Below the pieces are notes generated by a model. The model did no database searches. It was not told the origin of the DNA and was given only the letters and a program-made list of their open reading frames with translations. The position numbers were made by a program, and so were the translations under genes. From Octopus bimaculoides (lineage: Eukaryota), in contig NC_068984.1 in NCBI RefSeq assembly GCF_001194135.2, forward strand, positions 125,953,726-126,017,725: a stretch of 64,000 nucleotides of DNA, read 5' to 3'. Shown in pieces: positions 12,755-25,134 of this stretch (within the stretch, counting starts at the first letter, position 1; each line of letters opens with the position of its first letter).

Positions 12755-13624
12755 AGCATTAAAAACGAGGTTTGAGAAATTTGGTAGAGACGTTGATAGC
12801 GAAGTGAGGATAGAATATGCTCGGACATCAAGCACAGAAAATAGTCAAATGAAATATTAATTATGAAATTACCCTAGTTGTGGCACTGTTACCTAGGTCC
12901 AATCAGAATAACCTACAAGTCCTAGATTACTCTGACTATCAAAGGCAAGTTCACTCACCCAGCTGTAGTGTTCTTTGTTATAAATTACACTTCTTCATTT
13001 TTCCATTATATTGTGGGTTGGGTAGTTCTATAAATTCACTTCTTAACATGGATTCTTTGTACAAATGTATTTTGGTTTATTCCTTGATTTATTGTTTCCT
13101 CACACAAACCAATCAACCATGAATTAGAGAACAATAGTAATTACTCTGTAACAACATAGACTGAAGTAAAAGCACAGTAATGTCTTGGTTAAAAAGAGGC
13201 TTAACTTCAGAATTACATAACTACATTCAAGTTTACAAACCAAAGTTATTTATGACCTGTAGGGACACCATGTTTCATTATGCAACCATAATATACAACA
13301 AAGAATATTAAACTCTTTTATAAGTAAATGCTATGTTCTACTGTGTTAGCAGTGCTATTAAATCATGTGTTAAAGTTATCTCTGCAGATTTTCAATAGAA
13401 ATTATAGCTAGCATTGATTTTGTTATGATAATGAAGCAAAAATTCCTGAAATATGCCATATACACTCATTACTCATTTTTCATCTTCAATCTTATCGTTG
13501 TTTACATTAGGCATACTCAGATATGAAACATCATAACAAAATCAATGCTGGCTATAATTTCTATAGAAAATCTGTTGAGATAGCCTTAACCAAAGTTATT
13601 TATTTCTATGAAGTATGTCCACCT

Positions 13625-13834
13625 TTACCCTTTAGCATTCAAATTATTCTGTCAAATGTAATGCTCATTTATTCACATAGTTTTAAATTGATAATGTGTT
13701 ATCTTGTAGCTTTAAGATTTCAATGATGTGGTTGTTTATGTTTAGAATGTGAGAGGCTGAATCTGGCTGGTTTGAACTTAAAACAGGTAGAATGTTTGGG
13801 CTGGACGTGTCCAGTTAAAATTTTAATGGGTTAA
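13625..13834. mobile_element. piggyBac-like MITE (TTAA-CCC..GGG-TTAA ends)
   Basis: ttaccctttagcatt..aatgggttaa; inverted sister copy at 27340-27543. Confidence 0.6.
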
Positions 13835-14012
13835 GGAGATGTTATAGTGTTTAATTAACATATTGTTTGTTATATTGTATATAACCATTTTGTAATTAAT
13901 ATTCCGTTTAATTATTCCATTAACCATTTTATTTATCTGTTGTATTTAAAAATTCATTTAACTGTTATGTTTAATATTCTGCTTAACTATTGTCATCAAC
14001 CTTCTGTTAAGC

Positions 14013-14499
14013 TATAAAATTGCTATTTTTAAATCTCACAACGAGAGATATTCAGCAACGCTACTTTGTAGTAAAGATTGTTTGCCAACATAACATGGCA
14101 GTCCTGGTTTAGGACGAATGTTGCTGTAATTTTGCCCCAGGAGACATCGTCTCCAGCTGGCTATACGATACAGTCTGTGTCCTTATATTTTCGAACAAGG
14201 GAATCTAGCACCCCCACTCAGCTCAAAACAATATCTGTGTATTGTGATTTCCGGGTTATTTCCCTTCGTCAGCACAGAATAATTGTTTGGCTAGAGGTGG
14301 CACTGCCAAATTCCTGTTTGAAATATATAGTTTTCAAAATGACAACTAGTCACTGTTCTATAAATTATAAAATTACTATTTTTAAATCTCACAACGAGAA
14401 ATATTCAGTAACAGTACTTTGTAGTAAAGATTGTTTGCCAACATGACATGGCAGTCCTGGTTTAGGACTGCCATGTTATGTTGGCAAACAATTTTTACT
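14013..14499 (-). mobile_element. Penelope-like / retrozyme-like element: 353-bp unit, 103-bp direct repeats, terminal fold-back
   Basis: 14013-14115 matches 14366-14468 (6 mismatches); hairpin 14423-14499; internal hammerhead motif. Confidence 0.55.
14234..14278 (-). ncRNA. Minimal type I hammerhead ribozyme motif
   Basis: UCUGUG-CUGACGA-A GGG AAAUAA CCC G-GAAA-U CACA A-U-A/CACAGA: 6-bp stem I, intact core, 3-bp stem II, 2-bp stem III, AUA cleavage triplet. Confidence 0.6.
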
Positions 14500-15670
14500 T
14501 CTCTTAAGCTGTTATGTTTAATTCATTAAGATTATTCTCTTGACTGCAGAAAAATGTGAGATGCAGGTAATGAGTTTGATCTCTGATTGTCATCATTAAA
14601 TGTCTTTCTCCTTTGTATATTCATAGCTGCAAGTAGGATTTGAATTTGGGAGTTTTCTTTTTCTAAATTTGTAACTTGTCTGGGTTGAGGGGCATCAGTG
14701 TTGATACAGGCATTAGATTTCTGAGTTGAATGTCAATGGTAAGGGACACTGAAGGTTAGTGATGGTAGTTTGTTGCAGTGGTGGTAGTGGTGGTGCTGGT
14801 GGTGGCAGTATCGGTGGCGGCGGCAGTGATCTTAGTGATGAGGGCGTTGGTAATTACAATAGCGGTGGTGTTGGTGGTAACAATGATAGTGGTAGTGATG
14901 ATGGGGGATGATGGTAGTCAGTGTAATGAGGGTGGTGGTGGTGGTGATTATAATGATGCTAATAGTGTTGATGATGACGACAACAACGATGATTATGATG
15001 ATGATGATGAAAGCATAACATAAACTCCATAACTTGTAACAAACTGTTACAATACCCCATCATTAATATCACCATCATTATCTTCATTGGTGTCATCACC
15101 ATCTTTTATACCCAGCTGCGTAGCGAGAGAGGAAGGAAGGAACAGAAAGATTGGAGTTGTCTGTCCTCCACATAATGGGATGACAGTTGAAACAGGGGTT
15201 ATGTTCTTGTAACCAGGGGTTACTTTTCATTACACAATGGTGATTGGAGGCAGTTGCAGTGGTCATCTGTGGATAGCCAAGGTCATACTTCTCTCCATAC
15301 AGTTTGGTGTCCAAAGGTGACTATAGCAGTTATGTTCTGGTAACCAAAGTAACTGGGGTTGCTTCTTGTCTTACACTGCTCAGACATACTTGACCCCGGA
15401 ACCTCTATATGAGGTCATGTAACCTACTAGAAAAAGCAGCCAAAATTTCTCTTAAATAACACCCTACTGTCTTAAATAGGGAAGAGCACAATGGATAATA
15501 TACTCCTAAATACCTTCCTAAATGTTGGGATGGTCATGGTTGGAATGCCTTTAACCCTTTAATTTTTAAATTTAATTTCATGGTTATTCCAGTAATGATG
15601 ATAAATATCTACCCCCAAAAAATAGAATTGGTATTTTCTGCAAGTTACATTGCCTCAGTAAGCTTAACAC

Positions 15671-16075
15671 ATCATCATCATCATCATCATCATCATCATT
15701 TAATATCCATTGTCCATGCTGGCATGGGTTGGACGGTTTGACTGGGCTGGCATACTGGAAGGCTGTGCCAGGCTCCAGTCTGATTTGGCATGGTTTTCTA
15801 TGATTGGATGCCCTTCCTAACGCCAACCACTCTGAGAGTGTAATGGGTGTTTTTACATGACACCAGTATCTGCCATGACTGTGATTTTGCTCTGCTTGAT
15901 GGGTCTTCTTCTCAAGCACGACATAATGCCAAGAGTCTTGGTCATTGCCACTGTGAGGCCCATCACTCAAAAGGAACTTGGCCACTTTGTCCTCATGGGG
16001 CCCAATGCTTGAATGGAACTTAGCTGCTTGCCTCCATGAGGCCCAACACTCGAAAGGAACTCACCAGAAAATAGT
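15671..16075 (-). mobile_element. Older RTE subfamily 3' end
   Basis: (cat)n ttaatatccattgtccatgctggcatggg..; diverged, similar to the 6646 copy. Confidence 0.75.
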
Positions 16076-16155
16076 TTCAAACATAACATTCCGTCCACAA
16101 AAGATGAACTGGTAACTGCTTTCTGCAGTTAAAATTTATGAATTTTCAGTGAATA

Positions 16156-16933
16156 TACAGTGGGGTGCTGAAAAGTTCCTGGCTTTGGGTAAAAGAAAAT
16201 ACAAGAGGAGCAGTTAATTATGATTTTATTCAACATATTCCCCTCTCATCATCATCATCATCATCGTTTAACGTCCGCTTTCCATGCTAGCATGGGTTGG
16301 ACGATTTGACTGAGGACTGGTGAAACCGGATGGCAACACCAGGCTCCAGTCTGATTTGGCAGAGTTTCTACAGCTGGATGCCCTTCCTAACGCCAACCAC
16401 TCAGAGAGTGTAGTGGGTGCTTTTACGTGTCNNNNNNNNNNNNNNNNNNNNNNNNNNNNNNNNNNNNNNNNNNNNNNNNNNNNNNNNNNNNNNNNNNNNN
16501 NNNNNNNNNNNNNNNNNNNNNNNNNNNNNNNNNNNNNCATCTCATGTGCCACCCGCACAAGAACCAGTCCAGGGGCACTGGCAACGATCTTACTTGGCTT
16601 GCCGGGTCTTCTCACGCACAGCCCATTTCCAAAGGTCTCGGTCCGTAGTCATTGCCTCGGTGAGGCCCAATGTACGAAGGTCTTGCCTCACCACCTCAGC
16701 CCAGGTCTTCCTGGGCCTACCTCTTCCACGGGTTCCCTCAACTGTTAGGGTGTGGCACTTTTTCACGCAGCTATCCTCCTCCATTCTCACCACATGTCCA
16801 TACCAGCGCAATCGTCTCTCTTGCACGCCAGATTTACACAATTATTGCCCTATAAAAGAACTCAGAAGGTTGGGCCTTCAACCAGGCCTTTTGCAATACT
16901 TGTAAAACCAGGAACTTTTCAGCACCCCCTCAT
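16156..16933. mobile_element. Mariner-type non-autonomous element (interrupted by the RTE)
   Basis: TIRs ggggtgctgaaaagttcctgg / ccaggaacttttcagcacccc with flanking TA; the flanks join as ccctctc^agatt. Confidence 0.75.
16247..16830 (-). mobile_element. Young RTE LINE 3' end inserted in a mariner-type MITE
   Basis: GVQERRLRWYGHVVRMEEDSCVKKC..GRGRPRKTWAEVVRQDL then 3' UTR ..ccatgctagcatggaaagcggacgttaaac(gat)n. Confidence 0.92.
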
Positions 16934-17078
16934 ATCTGATTTCCACAGTAAAAGGGTCAATTACAGATCTGCTGTATCAAGGTTCACTTGGAACTATTGT
17001 TATTACTACCCGCTCTCCCTTTCATTAGGGTGTATATCTCTCATGTCTTCTTTTTTTTTTTTTTTTTCTCTGTTTCAG

Positions 17079-17196
17079 AGATATCCAGAGTTATTTCTCA
17101 CAGATTGGTATATGGATGGTAAACATGGAATCTAGCCTGTCTCGAGGTTCTTCAGTCATGCAAGAACTCAACAATAGGTGTAATCTGTTTATTCAG
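17079..17196 (+). CDS. WASHC4: WASHC4 exon w4: DIQSYFSQIGIWMVNMESSLSRGSSVMQELNNRCNLFIQ
   Basis: long poly-T tract + tttcag|, |gtaagc; 118 nt, phase 2->0; follows a 13.36-kb intron; human DVQSYY..WMMKMES..RCNVFIQ. Confidence 0.93.
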
Positions 17197-17959
17197 GTAA
17201 GCCATTGCACCTTGTAGTGTTAATGTGTTCAGTGGTAAAATAGAGTATAATTAATTGTACCTTGCTACTATTATAGCCCTATCTTCACCTGCATTCAAAA
17301 TGTTCAGCCTCCAAAATATTAGGTACCACTGTTTTACCATATTTGTTTGCTTGATAAATTTATGAATGAGCCCTCTAGTGTTTCAGAAACTATTAATGCT
17401 AGGAAGAAGTTTTCTCTTTTTCTCACTAATTTTAACTATGTGTGGTCGTGTGATAAGAACTTTTCTTCTCAACCGCAATCACATGGTTTCTATCTATCTC
17501 TCTATCTCTTCACCACACATGCATTATTTCTCTCTCTCGCTCTCTCTCACTCTCTCTCTCTCTCTCTCTCTCTCCCCCTCTCTCTTTCTCTCCCTCTCCA
17601 ACACACACTTAGCAGCTGTCCATCAACCCCTCAGGTCTAGAAGCCCTGTTCTAATCTATGTATGTTATGGCTTCTTGTCAAAGAATAATTGCTAATATAG
17701 CACCTTGTGCATTGATTTGCCCTGGGGCCTACAATGCTGCTAAGATGGCCTTGTTTCCCTTCCATTATGTCTTCCTCAACATATCTCTCCGCATCCCCTC
17801 CGTCCCTTTCCTTACTGATGTCTTTCTCACTCTTCCATCTTTTTCTCCTTCCTCTCTTCCATATATTTTCTTTCTCACCCTTTTTACTCCTTCTTTCCCT
17901 CCTTCTTCTCCATTCAGTCTCAAACCATTCCCAAGCTTCCCCACCTATCTCTGTCTGCC

Positions 17960-18007
17960 TATGAATCTTCTACTACCTGTCTATCTATCTATCTATCAAC
18001 CATCTAC

Positions 18008-18064
<57 letters not shown>

Positions 18065-18138
18065 CTATCTATTTATCAACCATCTACTATTTATCTATCT
18101 GTCTATCTAGCATCTACTCTCTCTCTCTNNNNNNNNNN

Positions 18139-18215
<77 letters not shown>

Positions 18216-18332
18216 ATTTATCAACCATCTACTATTTATCTATCTGTCTATCTAGCATCTACTCTCTCTCTCTATCTATCTATTTCCCTCTCTATCTCTC
18301 TCTATCTATCTATCTATCTATCAACCATCTAC

Positions 18333-18373
<41 letters not shown>

Positions 18374-18580
18374 CTATCTATTTATCAACCATCTACTATT
18401 TATCTATCTGTCTATCTAGCATCTACTCTCTCTCTATATATATCTATCTACCTATCTATCTATCGTCTGCCATCTGCCTATTGATCAATCGATCTGTCTG
18501 TCTATCTATATTTCTATCTTCTGTGTACTATCTGTCCATCTATATGTCATCTAGCTATCTACCATCTATCTATCTACTCT
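17960..18580. repeat. Compound (CT)n/(TCTA)n array with higher-order unit
   Basis: tatcaaccatctactattt.. unit repeated several times. Confidence 0.85.
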
Positions 18581-18599
18581 ATCACCACTACCATTGCAG

Positions 18600-18725
18600 G
18601 GTATCCTTTATGCATACAACATCAGCCACATGGTACGTACTGTGATGAATCTACACTTGCTACTGCAGAAAGCTATGACCAAAACTGCAGTGATTGCCCT
18701 CTGTAAACTGCTTGAGCTACTCAAA
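18600..18725 (+). CDS. WASHC4: WASHC4 exon w5: GILYAYNISHMVRTVMNLHLLLQKAMTKTAVIALCKLLELLK
   Basis: attgcag| and |gtaagt; 126 nt, phase 0->0; human [32 protein letters not shown]. Confidence 0.95.
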
Positions 18726-18857
18726 GTAAGTGATTATTCTTTTTGTTTTCTGTTTCCCTCTTCTGTAACAGTCCTTCTCTCTCTCTCTCTCTCTCTTCAT
18801 CTGTTTATTTGTTTGTCTATCTACCCCTCTCTCTCTCTCTCTCTCTCTGCCATTACT

Positions 18858-19215
18858 CTTTTACTTGTTTCAGTCATTTGACTGCGGCCATGCTGGAGCA
18901 CCACCTTTAGTCGAACAAATCAACCCCATGACTTATTCTTTGTAAGCCTAGTACTTATTCTATCGGTCTCTTTTGCTGAACCGCTAAGTTACAGGGACGT
19001 AAACACACCAGTATCGGTTGTCAAGCGATGTTGGGAGGACAAATACAGACACATGCACACACACACACACACATACATATATATACATATACATATATAC
19101 GACGGGCTTCTTTCAGTTTCCGTCTACCAAATCCACTCACATGGCTTTGGTCAGCCCGAGGCTATAGTAGAAGACACTTGCCCAATGTGCCACGCAGTGG
19201 GAATGAACCCGGAAC
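18858..19215 (-). mobile_element. tRNA-derived SINE family B tail 1 (young)
   Basis: actcttttacttgtttcagtcatttgactgcggccatgctggagcacc.. through ..ggaaccatgtgg. Confidence 0.88.
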
Positions 19216-19313
19216 CATGTGGTGGTGGTGGTAGAAACATTAGTAATAGTAGTAGTCGTCGTCGTCTTGTCATATACTCATTTTTTTTTCTTTGTGTTTT
19301 TTTTTTGTTTCAG

Positions 19314-19421
19314 GCCATAGAATTCACATTCCACCGCCGGACAATGTTGGTTTCAGAATCAATCAACCAGATAATCCAACATCTCAGTTACCTGGCTCTA
19401 TCTGCTATAAACACAGCACGC
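19314..19421 (+). CDS. WASHC4: WASHC4 exon w6: AIEFTFHRRTMLVSESINQIIQHLSYLALSAINTAR
   Basis: tttcag| and |gtaagt; 108 nt; human AIEHMFYRRSMVVADS. Confidence 0.95.
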
Positions 19422-20422
19422 GTAAGTCAGCAGTTTTTTGGTCCAGGTATCCAGTTTGAGGATACTTTCCTCCCACCCATCCAAACGACTTTGGAGGCCC
19501 ATTAAAGGGCCATTTGTACTGCCTTCCCACCTAACTAAAAGAAAACTAAATGTGGTGACTAGTTGGTTTATGTATATAAATTACATTTGGCTTCATTCTA
19601 ATGTATAGACCCCTCTTTAATATTAAACCAATGGTTAGTCCGCATCACTCCATAAGGAGCCTAGGGCCAGTTTTCTGGTTTCCCTGGCATATATATTCTT
19701 CCCTGAAAAGGACACCAATCCATCATAGAATTACTCATTTTTATCAGCCAAGTAGACTGGAGCAATGAGAAACGGAGTGTTTTGCTCAAGAACACAATAC
19801 ATTCTCTGTTCCAGGAATTGAAACCACAATCTTACAATCACAAGTCCAACACCCTAATCACTAAGCCATATACCTCTACAATTCAAACCAATACAGTGCT
19901 ACATTACCTCTCAATAATTTACTTCTATGAAACAGGCCATTACAAGCCCTAAATGATTTTAAATTTCATCACATTATTTACAACAAAATCTACATTTATT
20001 TTATTTTTTTTTATATCAAACCGATAGATTTTGTAGTAAATAATGTGATGAAATTTAAAAGCATTTAATTGCTTGTAATTGTCTGTTTCATAGCAGTAAA
20101 TCATTAAAAGGTAAATCTCCTCCAGGTGAAGATACCAGTCACTTGAGGTAATATTCCCAGACAAGCTACTTTCTAAGTCAGATATCTGTTTGATCTGATG
20201 TAATATTAAGTTACATGTGTTTTTCAAATACACAACTTGACAAATGCAGGGTGTTTAATCAAGATCTATATGAGTATGCAGTCCCAATATCTTATGTACA
20301 CAGCTGGAATTTGAACACATGTTCTTTGAGATGACTAGTAGTATAAATATTTTAACCCTTCAGTCCACACCCCCCATTTATCTCTTTAATTCATCTAAGC
20401 CTCTGTGGTTATTTTATTGCAG

Positions 20423-20513
20423 AAAAGAATCACCCAAGACAAGAAATACAGTGAACGAAGACTCGATGTGCTGTCAGCTTTGGTTCTAGCTGAAAATGCC
20501 CTTAATGGACCGG
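20423..20513 (+). CDS. WASHC4: WASHC4 exon w7: [31 protein letters not shown]
   Basis: attgcag| and |gtaaat; 91 nt, phase 0->1; human [25 protein letters not shown]. Confidence 0.96.
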
Positions 20514-21954
20514 GTAAATACCCAACAAGCTATTTTTGTTTATGTTTCTTTTTTTTTTTTTTGTTTTTACTGCTTTATAAACATAGCTACACAAGTAAGT
20601 TATTGTTGTTGGTTCCAAGCTCAGCTCTGTACAAGCTACCCTCTGACCAAGACTTTCCAGTTGTGACTGTCTAACCCTACTTTTTTTCAAGACTACACTA
20701 TTCAGTGTCTCCTTTTTCTGTTTTTTTTTACAGCTAAGTGTAGTTTTTTTTGGGATTTTGTTACTATTATTAGTTTGTTTGGTATACGAGTGAGCTGATT
20801 TGACTGTGCAATTGTTTTTACAGCTAGATGTGGGACCTTCTATAACTAACCACTCAACTGTGAGCAAGTATGAGCTAGTGTCATTATTTGACTTTTTGAA
20901 ACATCAGCCAACTGGTGTGAAATTTCACAAGCTCTCCTATCTAGATCTTATCAATAAAGATTCAAAATATGAAATGTAAAGCCTTCATGGTAATGTAGGA
21001 TCATAAGGTCTGAAAAGGAGCTGTTAGGTTTGACACTTCTGAGAACACAAAATGATGATGACAGAGCAGTCCGTCTTTTTGTAGGGGCGCAATCAAAATT
21101 GAAGTGTTAAGATTTGAACTATTCTTAATGTGGTCAGTTAGTAGTTCCAGAACTTTAACCTCACAGTCTTTTCCGTCTGTTTTCAAAAATTCTCATTGAG
21201 ACAAAAGTGACTCGTATATGTCATGTAAATAAAATATTTTTTGAAAGTTCACAGAAGGGAAATTTACAAATTACTTTTACATGTTTATATTTTACATAAC
21301 CCATGCTAGCATGGAAAGCAGACGTTAAACAATGATGATGTATGTATATATATATATATATATATATATAAGAGAAATGTATTACTTTCTCATAAACTCA
21401 GAAACAGGAGGTGTGCAAGTGCACCCTCTTTTTTTTTTCTTTTTTTCTTTTTTGTCAAGTGGTAGACAATGAAAACATTTTGAAATCCTCCTAAAAACCT
21501 GGGTTTGCACCCACTAAGCAAAATTTCACTCCTGTATTTATGTACTTTCTACAATGTTACTTTTATAATTTAACTAAATGCTGCTGTTGAAAGGAACACA
21601 AGCATTTATTTTAATAACTGACATTCAAGCATTTACTTATTCATTTCACCTTGGATTGCCAAGTTTATCTTTGTACATTCTTGGCTTCATTTTCTTTTAT
21701 TTTTAATCCCACACTTATATGTGCCTAAAGCAGAAGATCTCCTAAGACTGTCTGTTGGGTATTCACTCCTTGACAGAGTGACCACTCAAGTGTTCACTTT
21801 CCTTGGTAATGTCTACTCAAATATACATCCCACTCTATGTCAAACAATGTAAGAAGCCCATTAACATCTTCAAAGGGGAATCCCCAACTTTTAAGGGTAT
21901 AAATAACATGGATTTCTTAACTACATTGACTCCATTCATCACTCTTTTTCCTAG

Positions 21955-22010
21955 GCACCAAAGAACGCATCCTGGTAGCCACCCTGGCATTATCTGTGGG
22001 TACCAAGATG
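21955..22010 (+). CDS. WASHC4: WASHC4 exon w8: GTKERILVATLALSVGTKM
   Basis: ttcctag| and |gtaagt; 56 nt, phase 1->0; human STKQRRLIVSLALSVGTQM. Confidence 0.93.
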
Positions 22011-22260
22011 GTAAGTTCATTCATTTTATTCTTAGAAATTTGGATTTTTAATGATGTATGATGTATGAAATGGATATGGTATTGTGAAACTTATGCTTTT
22101 GCTAAGACATTTTTAATACAGTATCTGAAAAAAAGACAGAATCAATTACACACACGCACACATACATACAAATAAACACTCACTCAAACACACACACACA
22201 CACACACACTAACACTAATGTTTCATACCATAAATACTAAATATTTGTTTTACATTGCAG

Positions 22261-22340
22261 AGAGCATTTAGAGACGATGAAATCACAAGCCTCACTGAAC
22301 TTCTGAAGAAATTGGAGATTATTACCAAACTTTGGGAGAG
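22261..22340 (+). CDS. WASHC4: WASHC4 exon w9: RAFRDDEITSLTELLKKLEIITKLWE-S
   Basis: attgcag| and |gtaagt; 80 nt, phase 0->2; human KTFKDEEL..KKLDLISEL. Confidence 0.93.
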
Positions 22341-22531
22341 GTAAGTTCTGTATATGAATAACCATGCAATTGCACCTAGAAAGTTCCCCTTGGAGGCACA
22401 AGTCTGGATAAGCTTGTTTATGGAAGACCAGCAGTTGCCAATACACACCAGCCTCCCCTCTCCACACCACCAATGTTATCCAAGGTAAAGGGAAAGGTCA
22501 CTTCAACTTGGCACCAGTTACGTTGCAATTC

Positions 22532-22562
<31 letters not shown>

Positions 22563-22735
22563 CACATGCATATATATTTGTATATATATATTAGTTGTAA
22601 TGTACCTGAGCACTTTGTATGCACAGCAGGCTTCCTCGCTCTCAAATGTTCCACTCTCTCTTTTTCTCACTCCCTCCTAATTTCAAACATCTCACTCACT
22701 CACACACTTACAGTCTCTCTCTCTCTCTCCCTCAG

Positions 22736-22841
22736 TCTCAGATGTGCCACTGACTGCAGCTTCATGTACTGGCATCGTCATATCTTCCCTATATACCTCA
22801 CCGACATGTTGGACAATCCATCTGATGCCCATGGACTACAT
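22736..22841 (+). CDS. WASHC4: WASHC4 exon w10: LRCATDCSFMYWHRHIFPIYLTDMLDNPSDAHGLH
   Basis: (CT)n ccctcag| and |gtaagt; 106 nt, phase 2->0; human DCCFLYWHRAVFPIYL. Confidence 0.93.
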
Positions 22842-22997
22842 GTAAGTCTTTCTCTTTTTTAAAAAAAAACTTGCTGGGGTTGAGGGAAAGGGTAGTATCT
22901 TAACAGACCATCCAAGACCAGTGTGTAGATTAGTGCTATTAATGTTCTACTTAAATTTATATATCTATTTATGTGCACACTATACATACACACACAC

Positions 22998-23039
<42 letters not shown>

Positions 23040-23470
23040 CTGGATGATTTTTGTCTGTTGCTGATTTATTTCTCTGTGTTTTTTTTTTTTTGACACTACA
23101 TGTTTATAAGAAATGCTTTCATGAGACAAATACTGCAGTTTAACAGGCTTTCAATATAATGTATCTATTTTTAGTATGATATTCAGATTGTTATTTTGAA
23201 CTATGCGTGTATGTGTGTGTGTATATATATATAAACAAATAAGAAAGTAATATTTTAAACACAGTGTAGCTGTGAAAACAGCAGAAAGATTGAGTATTTT
23301 ACCCCTATAAGACAGTGCTGACAACTTTTTCCATCTTATAAGGGTAAAATACCCAATCTTTCTGCTGTTTTCATGGCTATACTGCATTCAAAATATTACT
23401 TTCTTGTTTGTTAATAGAAAACACATTCAATGCTTCCAAAAACAAGCAAAAGTTTGTTTACTATATGTTG

Positions 23471-23513
<43 letters not shown>

Positions 23514-23645
23514 TGTATATATTGGCTCCTGTGCCGAATGTGGTTGATGCCAGTGTCCTCTGGTGCAGCCTACTGGGTTGCCAGACCTCAGTCAAACCGT
23601 CCAACCCATGCCAGTATGGAAAGCAGACATTAAACGATGATGATA

Positions 23646-23705
<60 letters not shown>

Positions 23706-24093
23706 CGCAGGTTGGCTGTGTAGTAAGAAGCTTGCTTCCTAACCACATGGTTGCAGATTCAGTCTCACTGCACGGAATCTTGGGCAAGTGTCTTCTATCA
23801 TAGCCGCGGGCCAACCAAAGCCTTGTGAGTTAATTTTGTCAAGCTTCCTTTTCAGTTTGTAAGATAGAAATTTAAATGTATTAGAATATTTTAAAAGAAA
23901 TTTAAAGTGCCTACGGGATAACTGCAAACCTACTTTTGAGCCACCCTGTATATTACAGTCAGCAGTTAACTCTTATATGGCTGCATGCTGTTTTTCATGA
24001 AATTATGTCTTAGTAGCATAATACACTTATTCAAACCATATATATAGAAATGTATTGATCTTATTAATGTTATTCCCTTTATTGTTTTTCCAG

Positions 24094-24210
24094 TACATGT
24101 TCGGTGCTCTAAGGGACTGTGTCATCCCTATGGATTACGTACGCCACCTCGAGACCTCTCAACACCTGAAGGACATCTTTGATAAAGAGATCCGGGATAA
24201 TTTGAAAGCG
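24094..24210 (+). CDS. WASHC4: WASHC4 exon w11: YMFGALRDCVIPMDYVRHLETSQHLKDIFDKEIRDNLKA
   Basis: tttccag| and |gtactt; 117 nt; same 39-codon length as human YMFSALRDC..DKEIMEILNE. Confidence 0.93.
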
Positions 24211-24965
24211 GTACTTGCAACATTCTCATTATTATATAGTCGGTGGTGTTGGTAGGGGTGGTGATGTTATTGGTGTTGGTGATATTGGAGTTGTTGGTGG
24301 TGATGGTGTTGGTTTTGGTGTAGCTGTGGTGTTCTTGATGTTGTTTTTGGTGGTAGAGATGGTGTATGGACATTGTAAATGATTGTCACTGTCATACAAG
24401 CAGTGTCATTCATTTCCAATATCCAGTGAAAATATGTCTGGCCATGGAGAAATATTACCTTACTTAGAAACAGGTGAGGGTTAGCAACAGGGAGGGTATC
24501 CAACCATAGAAAATCTTCCTCAATAATCTCCATGCAAGCATGGAAAAGTAGACATTAAGTTATTGATGATGATGACGATGATGAAGACAACAACCATATG
24601 CTACTAACTACCATGATTAATGCCACCGTGTTAACTTCTATCACTACAACTAAACATTCACTGTCATCTCAATTATAACCACTTCTGATACCTCTGCCAC
24701 TACTATTACTACCATCAACAACTCTACCATTCACTACCTTCACCACTCCCATCAACACCACAATAATCACCATCATCATCATTTGCATCACTATTCTCAT
24801 CATCACTATTCTCATCATCACGTCCACCACTCCTACTATCACTACCATTCCGGTACCACCACCATCATCACCACCACTACCACCGTTGCTATTATCACCT
24901 GTGCAATCATTACTATCACTATTCTTGTTGCCATTACATGATGTCTCCTGTTTCTCTTCCCTCAG

Positions 24966-25134
24966 CATCTGATGGAACCACTGTGCCTTGCCATAGAAAC
25001 TGACCTGAGATTACACATTCACTCTCACCTTCAGTTAGATGACCGTAACCCATACAAAGTTGGCCTCAAGGACCTCTCAAACTTCCTACGCCTCAGACCA
25101 ATACGATTCTTTGATCAGTTCATCAATATTAAAA
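24966..25134 (+). CDS. WASHC4: WASHC4 exon w12: [57 protein letters not shown]
   Basis: cctcag| and |gtaagt; 169 nt, phase 0->1; human [24 protein letters not shown]. Confidence 0.96.
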
